Notes under the pieces: generated by a model
Told to the model about the DNA's origin: nothing
Databases searched by the model: none
Seen by the model: the letters and a program-made list of their open reading frames with translations, nothing else
Position numbers and translations under genes: made by a program
Origin: an uncultured virus (IMG/VR IMGVR_UViG_3300018494_000116)
Taxonomy: Duplodnaviria; Heunggongvirae; Uroviricota; Caudoviricetes
Length of the DNA stretch: 64,000 nt
IMG/VR virus record: IMGVR_UViG_3300018494_000116
Coordinates: 1 to 64,000 of that record
Strand: one strand, 5' to 3'
Part shown: positions 19,501 through 28,787 of the stretch, in pieces
Position numbering within the stretch: the first letter of the stretch is position 1
Layout: each line of letters starts with the position of its first letter

Positions 19501-22286
19501 TTGTAGAAGCAATAACATGGATATTTGGCGCAGTTATGAAATTTTTGCCGCCAATTATAGATATAATTTTTGAAGCAATTAATTTTGTTGCTAATCTAAT
19601 TAATCTTGTAGGTGGAGTTCTTAATTATTTTAATATATTTAAAAGATTGAGTCCTGGCTTACAGGTTGCAGCAGAGTTTTTACAAGAATTAGCAGATGGT
19701 TTTCGTGTTTTTAATGAATATCTTGCTGACACTCAAGAAATTGGAGAAAGATTTATGAACTGGCTCCAAGATACTATTCCGTGGCTTGCTAATACTATAA
19801 AAAGGCTTACTGGAAATACCGAGAAAGCCGCAGAAAGAAAAGCAGACAGACAAGCAGACCGAGAACGACGTAAACGAAGTCGAGAAGATAGACGTATGCG
19901 CAGAAGAGAAGAGCGCGACAATAAAACCGAAGCGGGTAGACAACGACAGCTAGAACACAAACAAGAGAAACTATATGATGCTAAAGTAAAAGAGCAAAAT
20001 CTTTCTGCTATATCAAAAGAATATCAATTATTAAGTTCAAAAACTTATAAAACTGAAGAAGATTATAAGCGCTTAGAAGAACTTGCTGGAGAAATTTCTT
20101 CTTTATCTACTGATGAAAATAACTACATGAACGAAGACGGCTCGGTTAATTGGACTAAAGTCACCGCAGAAGCAAAGCAAGCTGCCGAAGATATAGCAAA
20201 TTTAACAAATGAAGCTTTTACACAGGCACAGACAAGTATACAAAAAGGCGATTATAATGATAGTATTAAAGCCGCTTATATAGATAAGGCTTTTATGGAG
20301 CTAGAAAAAGAAAGTGCCAATTATACTGCCGTACAATTACAAAACGCCGCAAACGCTATAGAATCTACTATAAACACTATGGAAGAGGCGGAATTTAGAT
20401 CCTTTGCCGCATCAGAAGATAACATAGGGGAATTGCAAGAAGGCGTGTTAAAAATGATTAAGGCAAATGGCGAAGGCTTACAAGAGCAAATGGATGCATA
20501 CAATGATGCCGTTAAGGAAATTCCAGAGTCTGCCAAGAAAGCTTTTAATGCTGTTTATGCAGAATATGAACGTGTAGCTGATTTAATGGGCATGTTGGGT
20601 CAAAAAGGCGATGCGGCTCTTGGTGTCATGTCTGATTGGGGCTTTACTGGCGTAGAGCTTGGTGAATTATACAACTACATGCTAGAACAACATAAGATGA
20701 CAGAAGATCAAACCAAACAATTGTTAGCAAACGCTTTCGCCTCTTCTGATGGAACAGCAGACAGTTTCATGTTGGCACTTGCAGCATCCAATGATGAGTT
20801 TAAAAAGCAAGATGTTATTAATTTATTAATGGATATAATCGGCTCCACTCCTCAAGATGTGCTTGAAGACTATGTAAGAGAGTATTCTTCTTATGATGAC
20901 ATCATAGAAGCTTCCAAAAAATATGCTATGGGTGAATTAAGTAACATTGATTTAGCCGCCCTACAAAGAGAAAATGCAGAGTTTTTTCAAGATCCTGATA
21001 ATGTTAAGGCATTTTTTGCGGGCACTTTAAACAGAGATGATTTAACTACAAAGGCTACAGAAAAAGCATTAAAAGACTGGCAATTTGAAATGCAAAAAGT
21101 TCAAGGTGCATTAGAGCTTGCTGATACTGATGAAAAACGACGCATGGCGCAAGCTGAATTGGAGTATTTAAAACAGCAACAGGAGCTTATGAAATATGCC
21201 TGGCTATATAATTCACAGGCATGGAAAGATGCGGCAGCACTTACCAAAGAAGAACTTGAGCAATTGAAGTTGCAAAAAGAAATTCAAAAAGTACAAGATG
21301 CAATCGCAGCCGCAGACCAGCTAGAACTTGAAGATGCTCAAGAGTTGTTAATGTTATATGAAAAACAAAAGAAACAACTAGAGGCTTTTACTCAGCAGTC
21401 TGAATATAAAGTTCTTACAGAGAACGGTTTGTTGTTCCAGGATGCAGAAGGTAACTGGATAGAAGATAGAGCGGCAATGGTAGCGGCAGCAGAAAAGGGT
21501 GTCATTGATAGCAGTATTGTTGCATGGTATGATACCAATATTGATCTTCTTAAAAAGGCATCTGAATATAGTGAAAATGCAATCGAAGGACAGAAACAGG
21601 TACTGCAAGATTACTATGAACAAGAGAAAGATTTGCTTGAAAAAATGTCAAATAATTATTCTAATTATTTTGATAAACTGGATGCTTTACAAGAAGAGCA
21701 AGAGCGTGAAACCAAACGAGAATCTTTAGTAAAACAAATTGCAGCATTAAGCAGTGGTTTTGGAAGCTCTACTAAGAGCATGCAGAAAGACTTATTGCAA
21801 CAATTATCTGAACTGGATGAGGAAGCAGCAGATGCTCGGAAGCAAGAGATACGAGATAAAGCATTAAAAACGATTGAAGATAAAATTACTCACATTGATA
21901 CAATGATTGATACAATTGTAAATGATCCTAATTTTAATGTTGATAAATATATTGACTTGGGTGAAACAACTCAAAATGCATCTGGTGGATTGGTGAACTA
22001 TACAGGTCTTGCTTGGGTAGATGGAACTCCATCTAAACCAGAAGCGTTCTTAAGTGCAGATGATACTTTATTAATACGACATATGCTAGATGGACTTGCA
22101 TATTCTCCTACAAAAGCTATGCAAAACATTGATGGCGACTCCAATTCTATTTCTATTGGTTCAATTGTTATACAAACCAATAATTTAAATAATAATCAAG
22201 ACTTTAAGAAAGCCGGAAGTATTTTAGCGCAAGAGTTTGCTAAAGTAATTCAAGAGAGGGGATTAAATGTTAACACCAAGAAATGA
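16527..22286 (+). CDS. tail tape measure protein
   Basis: 1919 aa; TP901-type core (ETIGTALKTVISRM, LAGTRQQSRLIAMM), hydrophobic mid-region, C-terminal ASGGLVNYTGLAWVDG. Confidence 0.9.
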   Translation: MSANTTKKEIKVKISAEMQDLQKVAGIFKQIQNGGEVKLEGAEANKLAAVLKTIDGLLGDMQSKMSATGEVSEKEYAVLGKTLTGVVSQIKELGRIFTSKTISGALQSELDAIDKKYDDLQKKVSISIQKQRDLVRGWNKQADGGYTPTAKTSKNLMTKAVEQHGGSVLNPLTGKNVSSAATITAAMSQAPAKIAGTEWEAIAKVYKTYTDLVETESAEVVQKLQKEQKAYSELQKQVAVLKETRKETLSSSNERAPSYLLPMTEAIDDLKKHTSATKANVAEAKKAKIETEENKQALDEFNEALGRNGNVITKAALNFISYRVILNGFKRVVNQVKATITEMDKALTDMTVVTSLSREQAWQLVGTLQDLAKQTGMTTTQIADMTTKYLQQGKTLQDALVLTEAAAKAARIAGIDGTRSIELLTNAMNGFQMSAEQAMEVSDKFAALAAASATDYEGLAVALSKVAAQANLAGMSMDFTLGLLAKGIEVTQEAPETIGTALKTVISRMRELTDYGATLEDGVDVNRVQKALDNIGVSLMDQNGQFRDLELVLTEVGHKWDDLNRNQQANVTVALAGTRQQSRLIAMMQDFGRTEELLNISMTSAGATMAQHRKYMEGLEAASTRLTTSFQQLITTVTNSDVFIDTLDKISSGLEYVSNHTEILGAVVVGIGAVLTPIFAMQITSKLAEWGTNISKVVELIKSKIVVGKKEIKTEKEKQKASTETQVVITENIAKEQVAENQLQQGIAETGDIMVDVGNVHDKETDDYLRNTERKIAAERKLQAAQKQSAGLNVGSNTSVITASSTASLINKESSEEIVEQASKSIIKKQANRSFKIKAKVKPQASLSAPAQVVDDVLVDIAKGGKKVTKTTKNIFGKLWDDIAEWITKIFGKFFPKLFGKTLKEGAEAGFKGIFKGILKAAQSSLTWIGLIIEAVFYLLERAFSHFKDMGGSLKDYLSLIPKLLVFLGKIFDAFSDIIRIVLAVNPALGLIVEAITWIFGAVMKFLPPIIDIIFEAINFVANLINLVGGVLNYFNIFKRLSPGLQVAAEFLQELADGFRVFNEYLADTQEIGERFMNWLQDTIPWLANTIKRLTGNTEKAAERKADRQADRERRKRSREDRRMRRREERDNKTEAGRQRQLEHKQEKLYDAKVKEQNLSAISKEYQLLSSKTYKTEEDYKRLEELAGEISSLSTDENNYMNEDGSVNWTKVTAEAKQAAEDIANLTNEAFTQAQTSIQKGDYNDSIKAAYIDKAFMELEKESANYTAVQLQNAANAIESTINTMEEAEFRSFAASEDNIGELQEGVLKMIKANGEGLQEQMDAYNDAVKEIPESAKKAFNAVYAEYERVADLMGMLGQKGDAALGVMSDWGFTGVELGELYNYMLEQHKMTEDQTKQLLANAFASSDGTADSFMLALAASNDEFKKQDVINLLMDIIGSTPQDVLEDYVREYSSYDDIIEASKKYAMGELSNIDLAALQRENAEFFQDPDNVKAFFAGTLNRDDLTTKATEKALKDWQFEMQKVQGALELADTDEKRRMAQAELEYLKQQQELMKYAWLYNSQAWKDAAALTKEELEQLKLQKEIQKVQDAIAAADQLELEDAQELLMLYEKQKKQLEAFTQQSEYKVLTENGLLFQDAEGNWIEDRAAMVAAAEKGVIDSSIVAWYDTNIDLLKKASEYSENAIEGQKQVLQDYYEQEKDLLEKMSNNYSNYFDKLDALQEEQERETKRESLVKQIAALSSGFGSSTKSMQKDLLQQLSELDEEAADARKQEIRDKALKTIEDKITHIDTMIDTIVNDPNFNVDKYIDLGETTQNASGGLVNYTGLAWVDGTPSKPEAFLSADDTLLIRHMLDGLAYSPTKAMQNIDGDSNSISIGSIVIQTNNLNNNQDFKKAGSILAQEFAKVIQERGLNVNTKK

Positions 22287-23631
22287 TTTTTTCTATTATG
22301 ACGAATATATGTTTTTCACTTTTGATAATATACATTCATCTGAATACAACTTAGTTATTCAAAACGATATTGATGATTTAAAACTATATGTTTCTACTGG
22401 TGCGCAAGTTGATTTAGTTTCTTCTCAATATCAAAAAGGACAGCACGTTTTGGGGGTTACACGCCCCCAGCGTGAGTTCCCGCTCGTGTTAATGGCCTCG
22501 GGTTTAACAAGAGCACAAATAATAAATATGATGCATTGGCTTAAAGCTGGCGCGCAAGGTAATTTTAAAATGGATTTTACACAAGATTGGGAATTTGATG
22601 TTGTAATTAATAGCGTTTCAGATCCAAATCTTTATGAGCAAGATAATAACACTTTTGTGGCAAGTTTTGAAATTACTTTTATTACTACAACCTCTCCTTA
22701 TGCACGTAATGCTATGGATGCTATATTAGACTTTGATTCAGCTCAAAATGAATTTTATTTAAAAGAACAAGAACTTGAAGAAAATCAATTTGCATTGATA
22801 GAAAATTGTGATGGTGCTTTTAATAATAATCTTGTTTTACCTTCTGTAGTCCTTTATGATAGAGTTACTACAGATAAAAAAACAACTTATCATTATAGAA
22901 TTAATTTTTTAGGGGATGATTCGGCGGAATTTTATTATAGAGTATCATATGGCTCTGATGAAAAGGAAAATTATATAGCAGGATTGTATAAATTAAACTT
23001 AGATATAAAACAAGATAAAATAGGTTATGATTTTATAAGCACACTATCTTTTACACTAAAAGAAAATTCAATTAGAGATAGACAGGTTATTCAATATAAT
23101 AGCCCTTCTAATTTATTTTTTATCAATAATATATTGCCACAACAAGCTAATTTTAATGGTTTAATGAAAGTTATAAATAATCAATATAATTATTCTCCTT
23201 TAGTATTGCAGTCTCCTGGAAAGCCAATTTTAATTGAAGGAGAAGAACACTTTAAGCAGTTGGTTTCTACTGCTTATAATTGGTTTTTATGTAAACCTGG
23301 AACTTTTGATAGTAATACTCAATATTTTTCAAACATCGGTGATTTTAAAGCAATTAATCCTTATCCAACACAAACATCTAATTGTTTTATTTTATATGAC
23401 ACGGAATGTACTGAAGATTTTTCTTATACAGATGTTATTGGTAGTGAGGAATGTTATTTTGGTTTTTATTCAGAAGTTGTTATTGAACATGGTTGTGAAT
23501 ATTATGTAATACCTTCAATACTAGATGTGTATAATACTTTAAATAGTATTGAAACAGCAGAAGAAAGTGCTAATTATACGCCTAATTTTCAAGGCACTTT
23601 AACTATTAGACAATATACGGAGGTTATATAA
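22267..23631 (+). CDS. distal tail (Dit-like) protein
   Basis: Follows TMP; FTFDNIHSSEYNL start and ITFITTTSPYA motif typical of Dit. Confidence 0.65.
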   Translation: MLTPRNDFFYYDEYMFFTFDNIHSSEYNLVIQNDIDDLKLYVSTGAQVDLVSSQYQKGQHVLGVTRPQREFPLVLMASGLTRAQIINMMHWLKAGAQGNFKMDFTQDWEFDVVINSVSDPNLYEQDNNTFVASFEITFITTTSPYARNAMDAILDFDSAQNEFYLKEQELEENQFALIENCDGAFNNNLVLPSVVLYDRVTTDKKTTYHYRINFLGDDSAEFYYRVSYGSDEKENYIAGLYKLNLDIKQDKIGYDFISTLSFTLKENSIRDRQVIQYNSPSNLFFINNILPQQANFNGLMKVINNQYNYSPLVLQSPGKPILIEGEEHFKQLVSTAYNWFLCKPGTFDSNTQYFSNIGDFKAINPYPTQTSNCFILYDTECTEDFSYTDVIGSEECYFGFYSEVVIEHGCEYYVIPSILDVYNTLNSIETAEESANYTPNFQGTLTIRQYTEVI

Positions 23632-24702
23632 ATGGCATCAATTAATAAAATAGGCCTACAGTTGCCAATTATTGGGCAAAGTGGAAACTGGGGAAGAGCC
23701 GTTAATCAAAATTTTAATATTATTGGAGATGAAATAAACAAGATTTATAATAATATGAATACTCTCCAGTATTTAATAGGCGCCAATGTTCCGTATATTA
23801 AAGTTGATGAAGAACAATATTTTGTAATAATTAGTTGTCTGTCGAAGGAAATAACAGAAAATGGAGTTACACTTCCGACAGGATCTTATATATTGCGTTA
23901 TTATAAGAAGGACAATTCAATTCGGGAAAGCGTAATTACGACTCCATCTAAGACATATTATTTATCCGCAGTACCAGAATCTTCATGGCGACCTGCTATA
24001 CCAACTTTTGTTGGTGCATATGTGGTGGGTTTTGATAACGATTATCAATCTGAAATTAATTATGAAGACCTTGCCGACAAACAAGAAAGCCCTTTCGATT
24101 CGATATTTGAAAATTTTGTGCGTGGTGATTTGATAGTTCCAGTACCAGAATTTGGTTCTATTTATGGCGACAACTTGACTATTAATTTTAAGAAATATCC
24201 TTCATCTAATGAATATTATACTCCCATAATGCCAAGGGATGAACCTTATTTATTACAATTTGATAAACAAAATTATGTAGATTGGTTTAGAAAGAAATCT
24301 CTTCTTGAATATAAATTGCCTACCATTGGTATGGGAAGTTTCAATACCTTTCTGTTATCTGAAGCCACAAATGATAAATCCAGCAAGGAAGGAAATCAAT
24401 GGACGATTATAATTGGACCTATATCTGCAGTAGATAATCTTTCTTCGCCTCAAATTAATTGGTTTTACCAAGAACCTCCGTCAGAAGATACTCCAGGCGA
24501 AGAAGCGGTTAATCCCTTTATATCAGCATTTGTTGCTTTTTCTTGGGCAAAAGACATAGATCCAAATACTGGAGAGGAAACATTCACAATAACTGCGGAT
24601 ATTTCCAATATTTCTGGTGGAGATTTAAGATGTGAGGTGTACTTTTTACATAATAATAATATTAATAATACTTCACAATCCGATATTCAAGAAGAGGAGT
24701 AA
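23632..24702 (+). CDS. baseplate/tail fibre-type protein
   Basis: N-terminal LQLP...NWG..VNQNF..I motif common to fibre anchors. Confidence 0.5.
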   Translation: MASINKIGLQLPIIGQSGNWGRAVNQNFNIIGDEINKIYNNMNTLQYLIGANVPYIKVDEEQYFVIISCLSKEITENGVTLPTGSYILRYYKKDNSIRESVITTPSKTYYLSAVPESSWRPAIPTFVGAYVVGFDNDYQSEINYEDLADKQESPFDSIFENFVRGDLIVPVPEFGSIYGDNLTINFKKYPSSNEYYTPIMPRDEPYLLQFDKQNYVDWFRKKSLLEYKLPTIGMGSFNTFLLSEATNDKSSKEGNQWTIIIGPISAVDNLSSPQINWFYQEPPSEDTPGEEAVNPFISAFVAFSWAKDIDPNTGEETFTITADISNISGGDLRCEVYFLHNNNINNTSQSDIQEEE

Positions 24703-24708
24703 ACGAAA

Positions 24709-27315
24709 ATGAGAGAGTTTACTATATTTTTAGATGTAGGAGGAGATTGGATACCAGTCTCCTCTCCCATAAACAATAATGAAACTTTACAATTTTCAAC
24801 TTATAATGAGCAATTAAATGAAGGTAAACATAGCCAATATACCTTAAATTTTTCTTTAGTTGCTAAACAAATGCTTAAAGATGAAGCTTCTGGCGTAAAT
24901 ATTTTATCTAGTAATCCTTTGTTGTCGTATTATTTTATCGGCGCCCGCATGTATATAATTATAGACCAACAAAAAAAAATAGAACTAATTATAAAAGACA
25001 TACAACCAGAAAATTCTGAACTTAATTCTATATTAAACATTACTGCAGAAGATGAAATAACATATTTATGGGCAAAGCACAATATAAATTATAGTTATTC
25101 GACTATTAATGCATCTAACTCAGATTTATTACAACCTAAAAATATTTATCAAATTACGCGAGAAATTTTAAAAGATAACTTTTTAGATTACAAATGGTCT
25201 GTAACCTCTCAAACTCAAGATTTAACTTTGCCATCTAAAAAATTTACTTTTGAAATAAACAATAGTAATCCTTATAACGCCATCATAGAAGCTTGCAATA
25301 TAGTAGGTGCAGAATTAATTGTAAATTATAACACAAGGCTGTTAGATTTTGTTGATTATAAAAATAAAACTTTTTCAGGTTATCGTTATGCTCCGGAATA
25401 CAACTTGCATAATTACACGTCCTCTTATGAGGGTACAGAATTAACTACTATATTACACGTATCTGGAGGAACAGATGCAGATGAAAAACAAATTACTATG
25501 GTACCTCCTTTGCCGACCTTTGTAAAAAGATATATAGCAGATACAATATCAAACGGAGGGCAATTTGCAAATTGGAATGATATTGAAGGCGCGGTTAGTG
25601 ATATGATAAAAAATTATACTCCTTCTGCCGCTTTTGTTCCTATTGTTCGATGCACAATTGGCGCAAATAAAGAAACAGAATTAATGGATAAAGCAACATA
25701 TATTGTCCGCTATAATGATACTAAAGGACAATATCTTGGAGAAATTTCATTTGAGACTGTCTCCAAAACAAATTCTTCTTATCATTTGTATACATTTCCA
25801 ATTAATCCAGAGGCAAATAATCCTTTTGGAGTAGAAGGGTATGTAGTGAATAATAATACCTTATATGATGTAGAATTACAATACTATCTTAATGGACAAT
25901 TAGATAGTAATAATATTTCTGCAACCATTTATCAAAATAACACAGATATAGTAGAATATCGGCAAAAAGTAAAAACGCAAATAGAAAATGAATTAAAAGA
26001 ATTTTTTTCTATAACACAAAAGAATGACTATTTAGGACAATTTTTAATAGATTTTTCTCCTTTTCGTGGAAAAATGAGTATAAATGATTGGGAGTATTTA
26101 AACTCATTAATACACACAACATATCGTAATTTAAACATACAGCTTCAGTATTATTCTGAAGAATTATATACTTATACAGGAAAATTGTTCAAATTGCGAC
26201 AAATGTTTATTAGTTATGCAGAAAATTATGCAGCTGCTTGCTCTGCTTATGAGGAAGAATTAAATTCTAATAAAAAGGCTAGAGACACATCCTGGGATAC
26301 TTATTTAAATAATATCAGTAAAACTATGCTTGATTTAGAAAATGTTATTAAAAATTCTAAATATTTTGATATTATACAAAAATTAGGTTATTCTGATGAA
26401 TTAGATATACCTAATAACTCTTCTGTTTTTAGTAGTTATTTCTTAAAACTTATAAATGATACTCAAGAACACATTAATATGTATCAAAGCAAAATTTTAG
26501 AATTGTATTCTGTGGAAGACGGCGATAATTTTAATGAAGAGTATGTATATTATACAGGACTAATTAAAACTGCTCAAACTTTATGTTCTCGTTTCTCTTT
26601 TAAAATCAATAGAGATTTTGCGCCAGGAGCATATGAATTAATTGTCTCTTTAATAAATAAATATGCACCTAAACCAGAAACAATCAGTTCTAATGGTATT
26701 AAAAATAAGTTCGACACAATACAAACACAAATTAATCAACAAGTCTTTAAAATTTTGTATCAAAATTATGGACAATATATTTATGAGCAAACTTATAGTA
26801 ATACAGATGAATTAAATTCAATTAGCTTATATAATCAAGCAGTAACTCATTTTGCAGACATAAATAAAATAAAAGAATCACATTCTTTAACAGTGTTAGA
26901 TATTGGTATGTTAGAACGCATTGCCTTACCTCGACTTTCTGTTGGTAGCGTAATACAAGTTTATAATAAAGATAGTTTAAATGCCATTCCTTATAATTAT
27001 ATTACTAATAGAATAGAAAAAGCAACGGCACTTTATGAGTACGCTCTTAAACAAGGTCAAAAAGAACAACTTGCTCAATTAGAGGGGGACTTAGAAAACT
27101 TACAAGAAGAACTAGTAGATTATTATAAATATATTAATAATATAGATAAAGAAACTTCAGTTACTGCTGCTGAAATCTTAGATAAAATTTTCACTGACGA
27201 GATACGGGTAGTTGGTATTAATAGAATATTACGAGAGCCCCTAAAAGATACAGTAACAGTAGAACAACCTAGTCGTTACCAAAGCATATTGGCAAAATTA
27301 ATTAAATCTATATAA
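24709..27315 (+). CDS. tail hub/Tal-like protein
   Basis: 868 aa after Dit; SNPYNAIIEAC, ELTTILHVSGG hub-like segments. Confidence 0.55.
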   Translation: MREFTIFLDVGGDWIPVSSPINNNETLQFSTYNEQLNEGKHSQYTLNFSLVAKQMLKDEASGVNILSSNPLLSYYFIGARMYIIIDQQKKIELIIKDIQPENSELNSILNITAEDEITYLWAKHNINYSYSTINASNSDLLQPKNIYQITREILKDNFLDYKWSVTSQTQDLTLPSKKFTFEINNSNPYNAIIEACNIVGAELIVNYNTRLLDFVDYKNKTFSGYRYAPEYNLHNYTSSYEGTELTTILHVSGGTDADEKQITMVPPLPTFVKRYIADTISNGGQFANWNDIEGAVSDMIKNYTPSAAFVPIVRCTIGANKETELMDKATYIVRYNDTKGQYLGEISFETVSKTNSSYHLYTFPINPEANNPFGVEGYVVNNNTLYDVELQYYLNGQLDSNNISATIYQNNTDIVEYRQKVKTQIENELKEFFSITQKNDYLGQFLIDFSPFRGKMSINDWEYLNSLIHTTYRNLNIQLQYYSEELYTYTGKLFKLRQMFISYAENYAAACSAYEEELNSNKKARDTSWDTYLNNISKTMLDLENVIKNSKYFDIIQKLGYSDELDIPNNSSVFSSYFLKLINDTQEHINMYQSKILELYSVEDGDNFNEEYVYYTGLIKTAQTLCSRFSFKINRDFAPGAYELIVSLINKYAPKPETISSNGIKNKFDTIQTQINQQVFKILYQNYGQYIYEQTYSNTDELNSISLYNQAVTHFADINKIKESHSLTVLDIGMLERIALPRLSVGSVIQVYNKDSLNAIPYNYITNRIEKATALYEYALKQGQKEQLAQLEGDLENLQEELVDYYKYINNIDKETSVTAAEILDKIFTDEIRVVGINRILREPLKDTVTVEQPSRYQSILAKLIKSI

Positions 27316-27350
27316 AAAAGAAAAGGACAGTAATTATACTGTCCTTTTTT
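27314..27350. terminator. bidirectional terminator between converging arms
   Basis: AAAAGGACAGTA/TACTGTCCTTTT stem flanked by A and T tracts. Confidence 0.9.
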
Positions 27351-27352
27351 CA

Positions 27353-28057
27353 TTAAAACAACTTGGTAACTTTTGCTGCGTCAGCAGAATATTTACCTAA
27401 CAATATCGCTTCTGCAATATCGTCTACAACCTTAACGCCATACATATCCATAACTTTATCTATTGCTTGAGCCTTTTCCGCAATTCGATCACCCTTAATC
27501 ATAAAATGAGACCTCCAAGTGGCGCTAGGAACAACCTCACAAGTGATTCCGCACTCTCTAATAGCAACCATAGAACTGCCTCTCAACATAGATAAGGTCT
27601 TAAAGATAGTAACATTTTTCTGCAATTGTATATCTTCCAATACAATTAAATCAGCTTGCCAACCCTTAATTACTACATCTCGTATGTAGTTACGATTTGC
27701 AAGCAGTCTATCAATTAGTTCGCCTTCGAACTCTTTCAATTCATAATGTACTAATTTACCATTGTCAAATACTGCCACGCCTGCATGTTTGGTTGCATTA
27801 TCAATGGCAACAATACGCTTGCCATTTTTCTTTGGTGGTTCTTTATGAAACACAAGCGTGCCTAAACTTTTCTTACCCTCGCATATGGGACAATAAAATC
27901 TATCGTCTCGCGCAGTACGAAAGTCTGCACAAATTTTATGTCCAACAGAACACTCTAATTGTAGTACAGTATCTAAAGTTTTATACTCTTGTATATTAGT
28001 GCATTTAAAACCTTTTTGCGTCAAAGTTTCAAGAACAGAGTTTCTTGAAATACTCAT
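27353..28057 (-). CDS. ruvC: RuvC-like Holliday junction resolvase with N-terminal Zn ribbon
   Basis: IVAIDNAT, IVLED, VPSATWR, DDIAEAILLG; C..GH...CPIC N-terminus. Confidence 0.8.
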   Translation of the reverse strand: MSISRNSVLETLTQKGFKCTNIQEYKTLDTVLQLECSVGHKICADFRTARDDRFYCPICEGKKSLGTLVFHKEPPKKNGKRIVAIDNATKHAGVAVFDNGKLVHYELKEFEGELIDRLLANRNYIRDVVIKGWQADLIVLEDIQLQKNVTIFKTLSMLRGSSMVAIRECGITCEVVPSATWRSHFMIKGDRIAEKAQAIDKVMDMYGVKVVDDIAEAILLGKYSADAAKVTKLF

Positions 28058-28206
28058 TGTTTTCCTCTTTTATCTAATTCTTGTTCTATTGCCGCACACA
28101 TAAGAACAAAATCTGGATTAAAAATCATTTTACTCATTTCTACGCGACATTGTTCGTACATGTTTTCCAATTCTTCTGTGCTAAAAGCAGATAAGTCTTT
28201 ATTCAT
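28054..28206 (-). CDS. hypothetical protein (50 aa)
   Basis: GAGGTG RBS, MNKDLSAFSTEELE..., ATGA overlap with ruvC. Confidence 0.6.
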   Translation of the reverse strand: MNKDLSAFSTEELENMYEQCRVEMSKMIFNPDFVLMCAAIEQELDKRGKQ

Positions 28207-28218
28207 TTTATTCACCTC

Positions 28219-28779
28219 TTAAAATCCCAAATTTGCACGATTGGGAGTTTCACATTCTAACATTTTTTGATAAATTTTAATTAAGGCTCTTACATCTGAT
28301 AATGCTGAATGCGCTTCATAGTTAATTCCAAAATGCGCACCAATGGTTGTCTGTTTAAGATTTTCGGTATTAAGCAAACCTTTCTTCTTCAATTGTCTTG
28401 CATAGGATAAGGTATCTACAATTGGCACAGTTTCACCCTTCCAAGTTAAATGATATTTATCACACTTAGCTTTTATAAATTGTAAATCAAAAGCTTTGCA
28501 ATTATGACCTATAATTTGTTCTGCACTATGGTTATCATACCAATCACAAAAGTCTAATAACATATCCCACTCTGGCCCACAATTAGCTACCTGTTCATTA
28601 GTAATACCGGTTAGTTCGGTAATATTAGCGGGAATGCCTTTAATCGGTCTTGCATACATATGGAAACTATCTATCATTTCTTTCTTTTGATCATCATATA
28701 AAACTGCCGCAAGTTCTATAATTTCATTCCAATCTCTGCTAAAACCTGTCGTTTCTATATCTAAAAATAATTGCTTCAT
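28219..28779 (-). CDS. DEDDh 3'-5' exonuclease (DnaQ/PolC-exo like)
   Basis: LDIETTG, GHNCKAFD, HSALSD. Confidence 0.9.
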   Translation of the reverse strand: MKQLFLDIETTGFSRDWNEIIELAAVLYDDQKKEMIDSFHMYARPIKGIPANITELTGITNEQVANCGPEWDMLLDFCDWYDNHSAEQIIGHNCKAFDLQFIKAKCDKYHLTWKGETVPIVDTLSYARQLKKKGLLNTENLKQTTIGAHFGINYEAHSALSDVRALIKIYQKMLECETPNRANLGF

Positions 28780-28787
28780 AAATTCTC

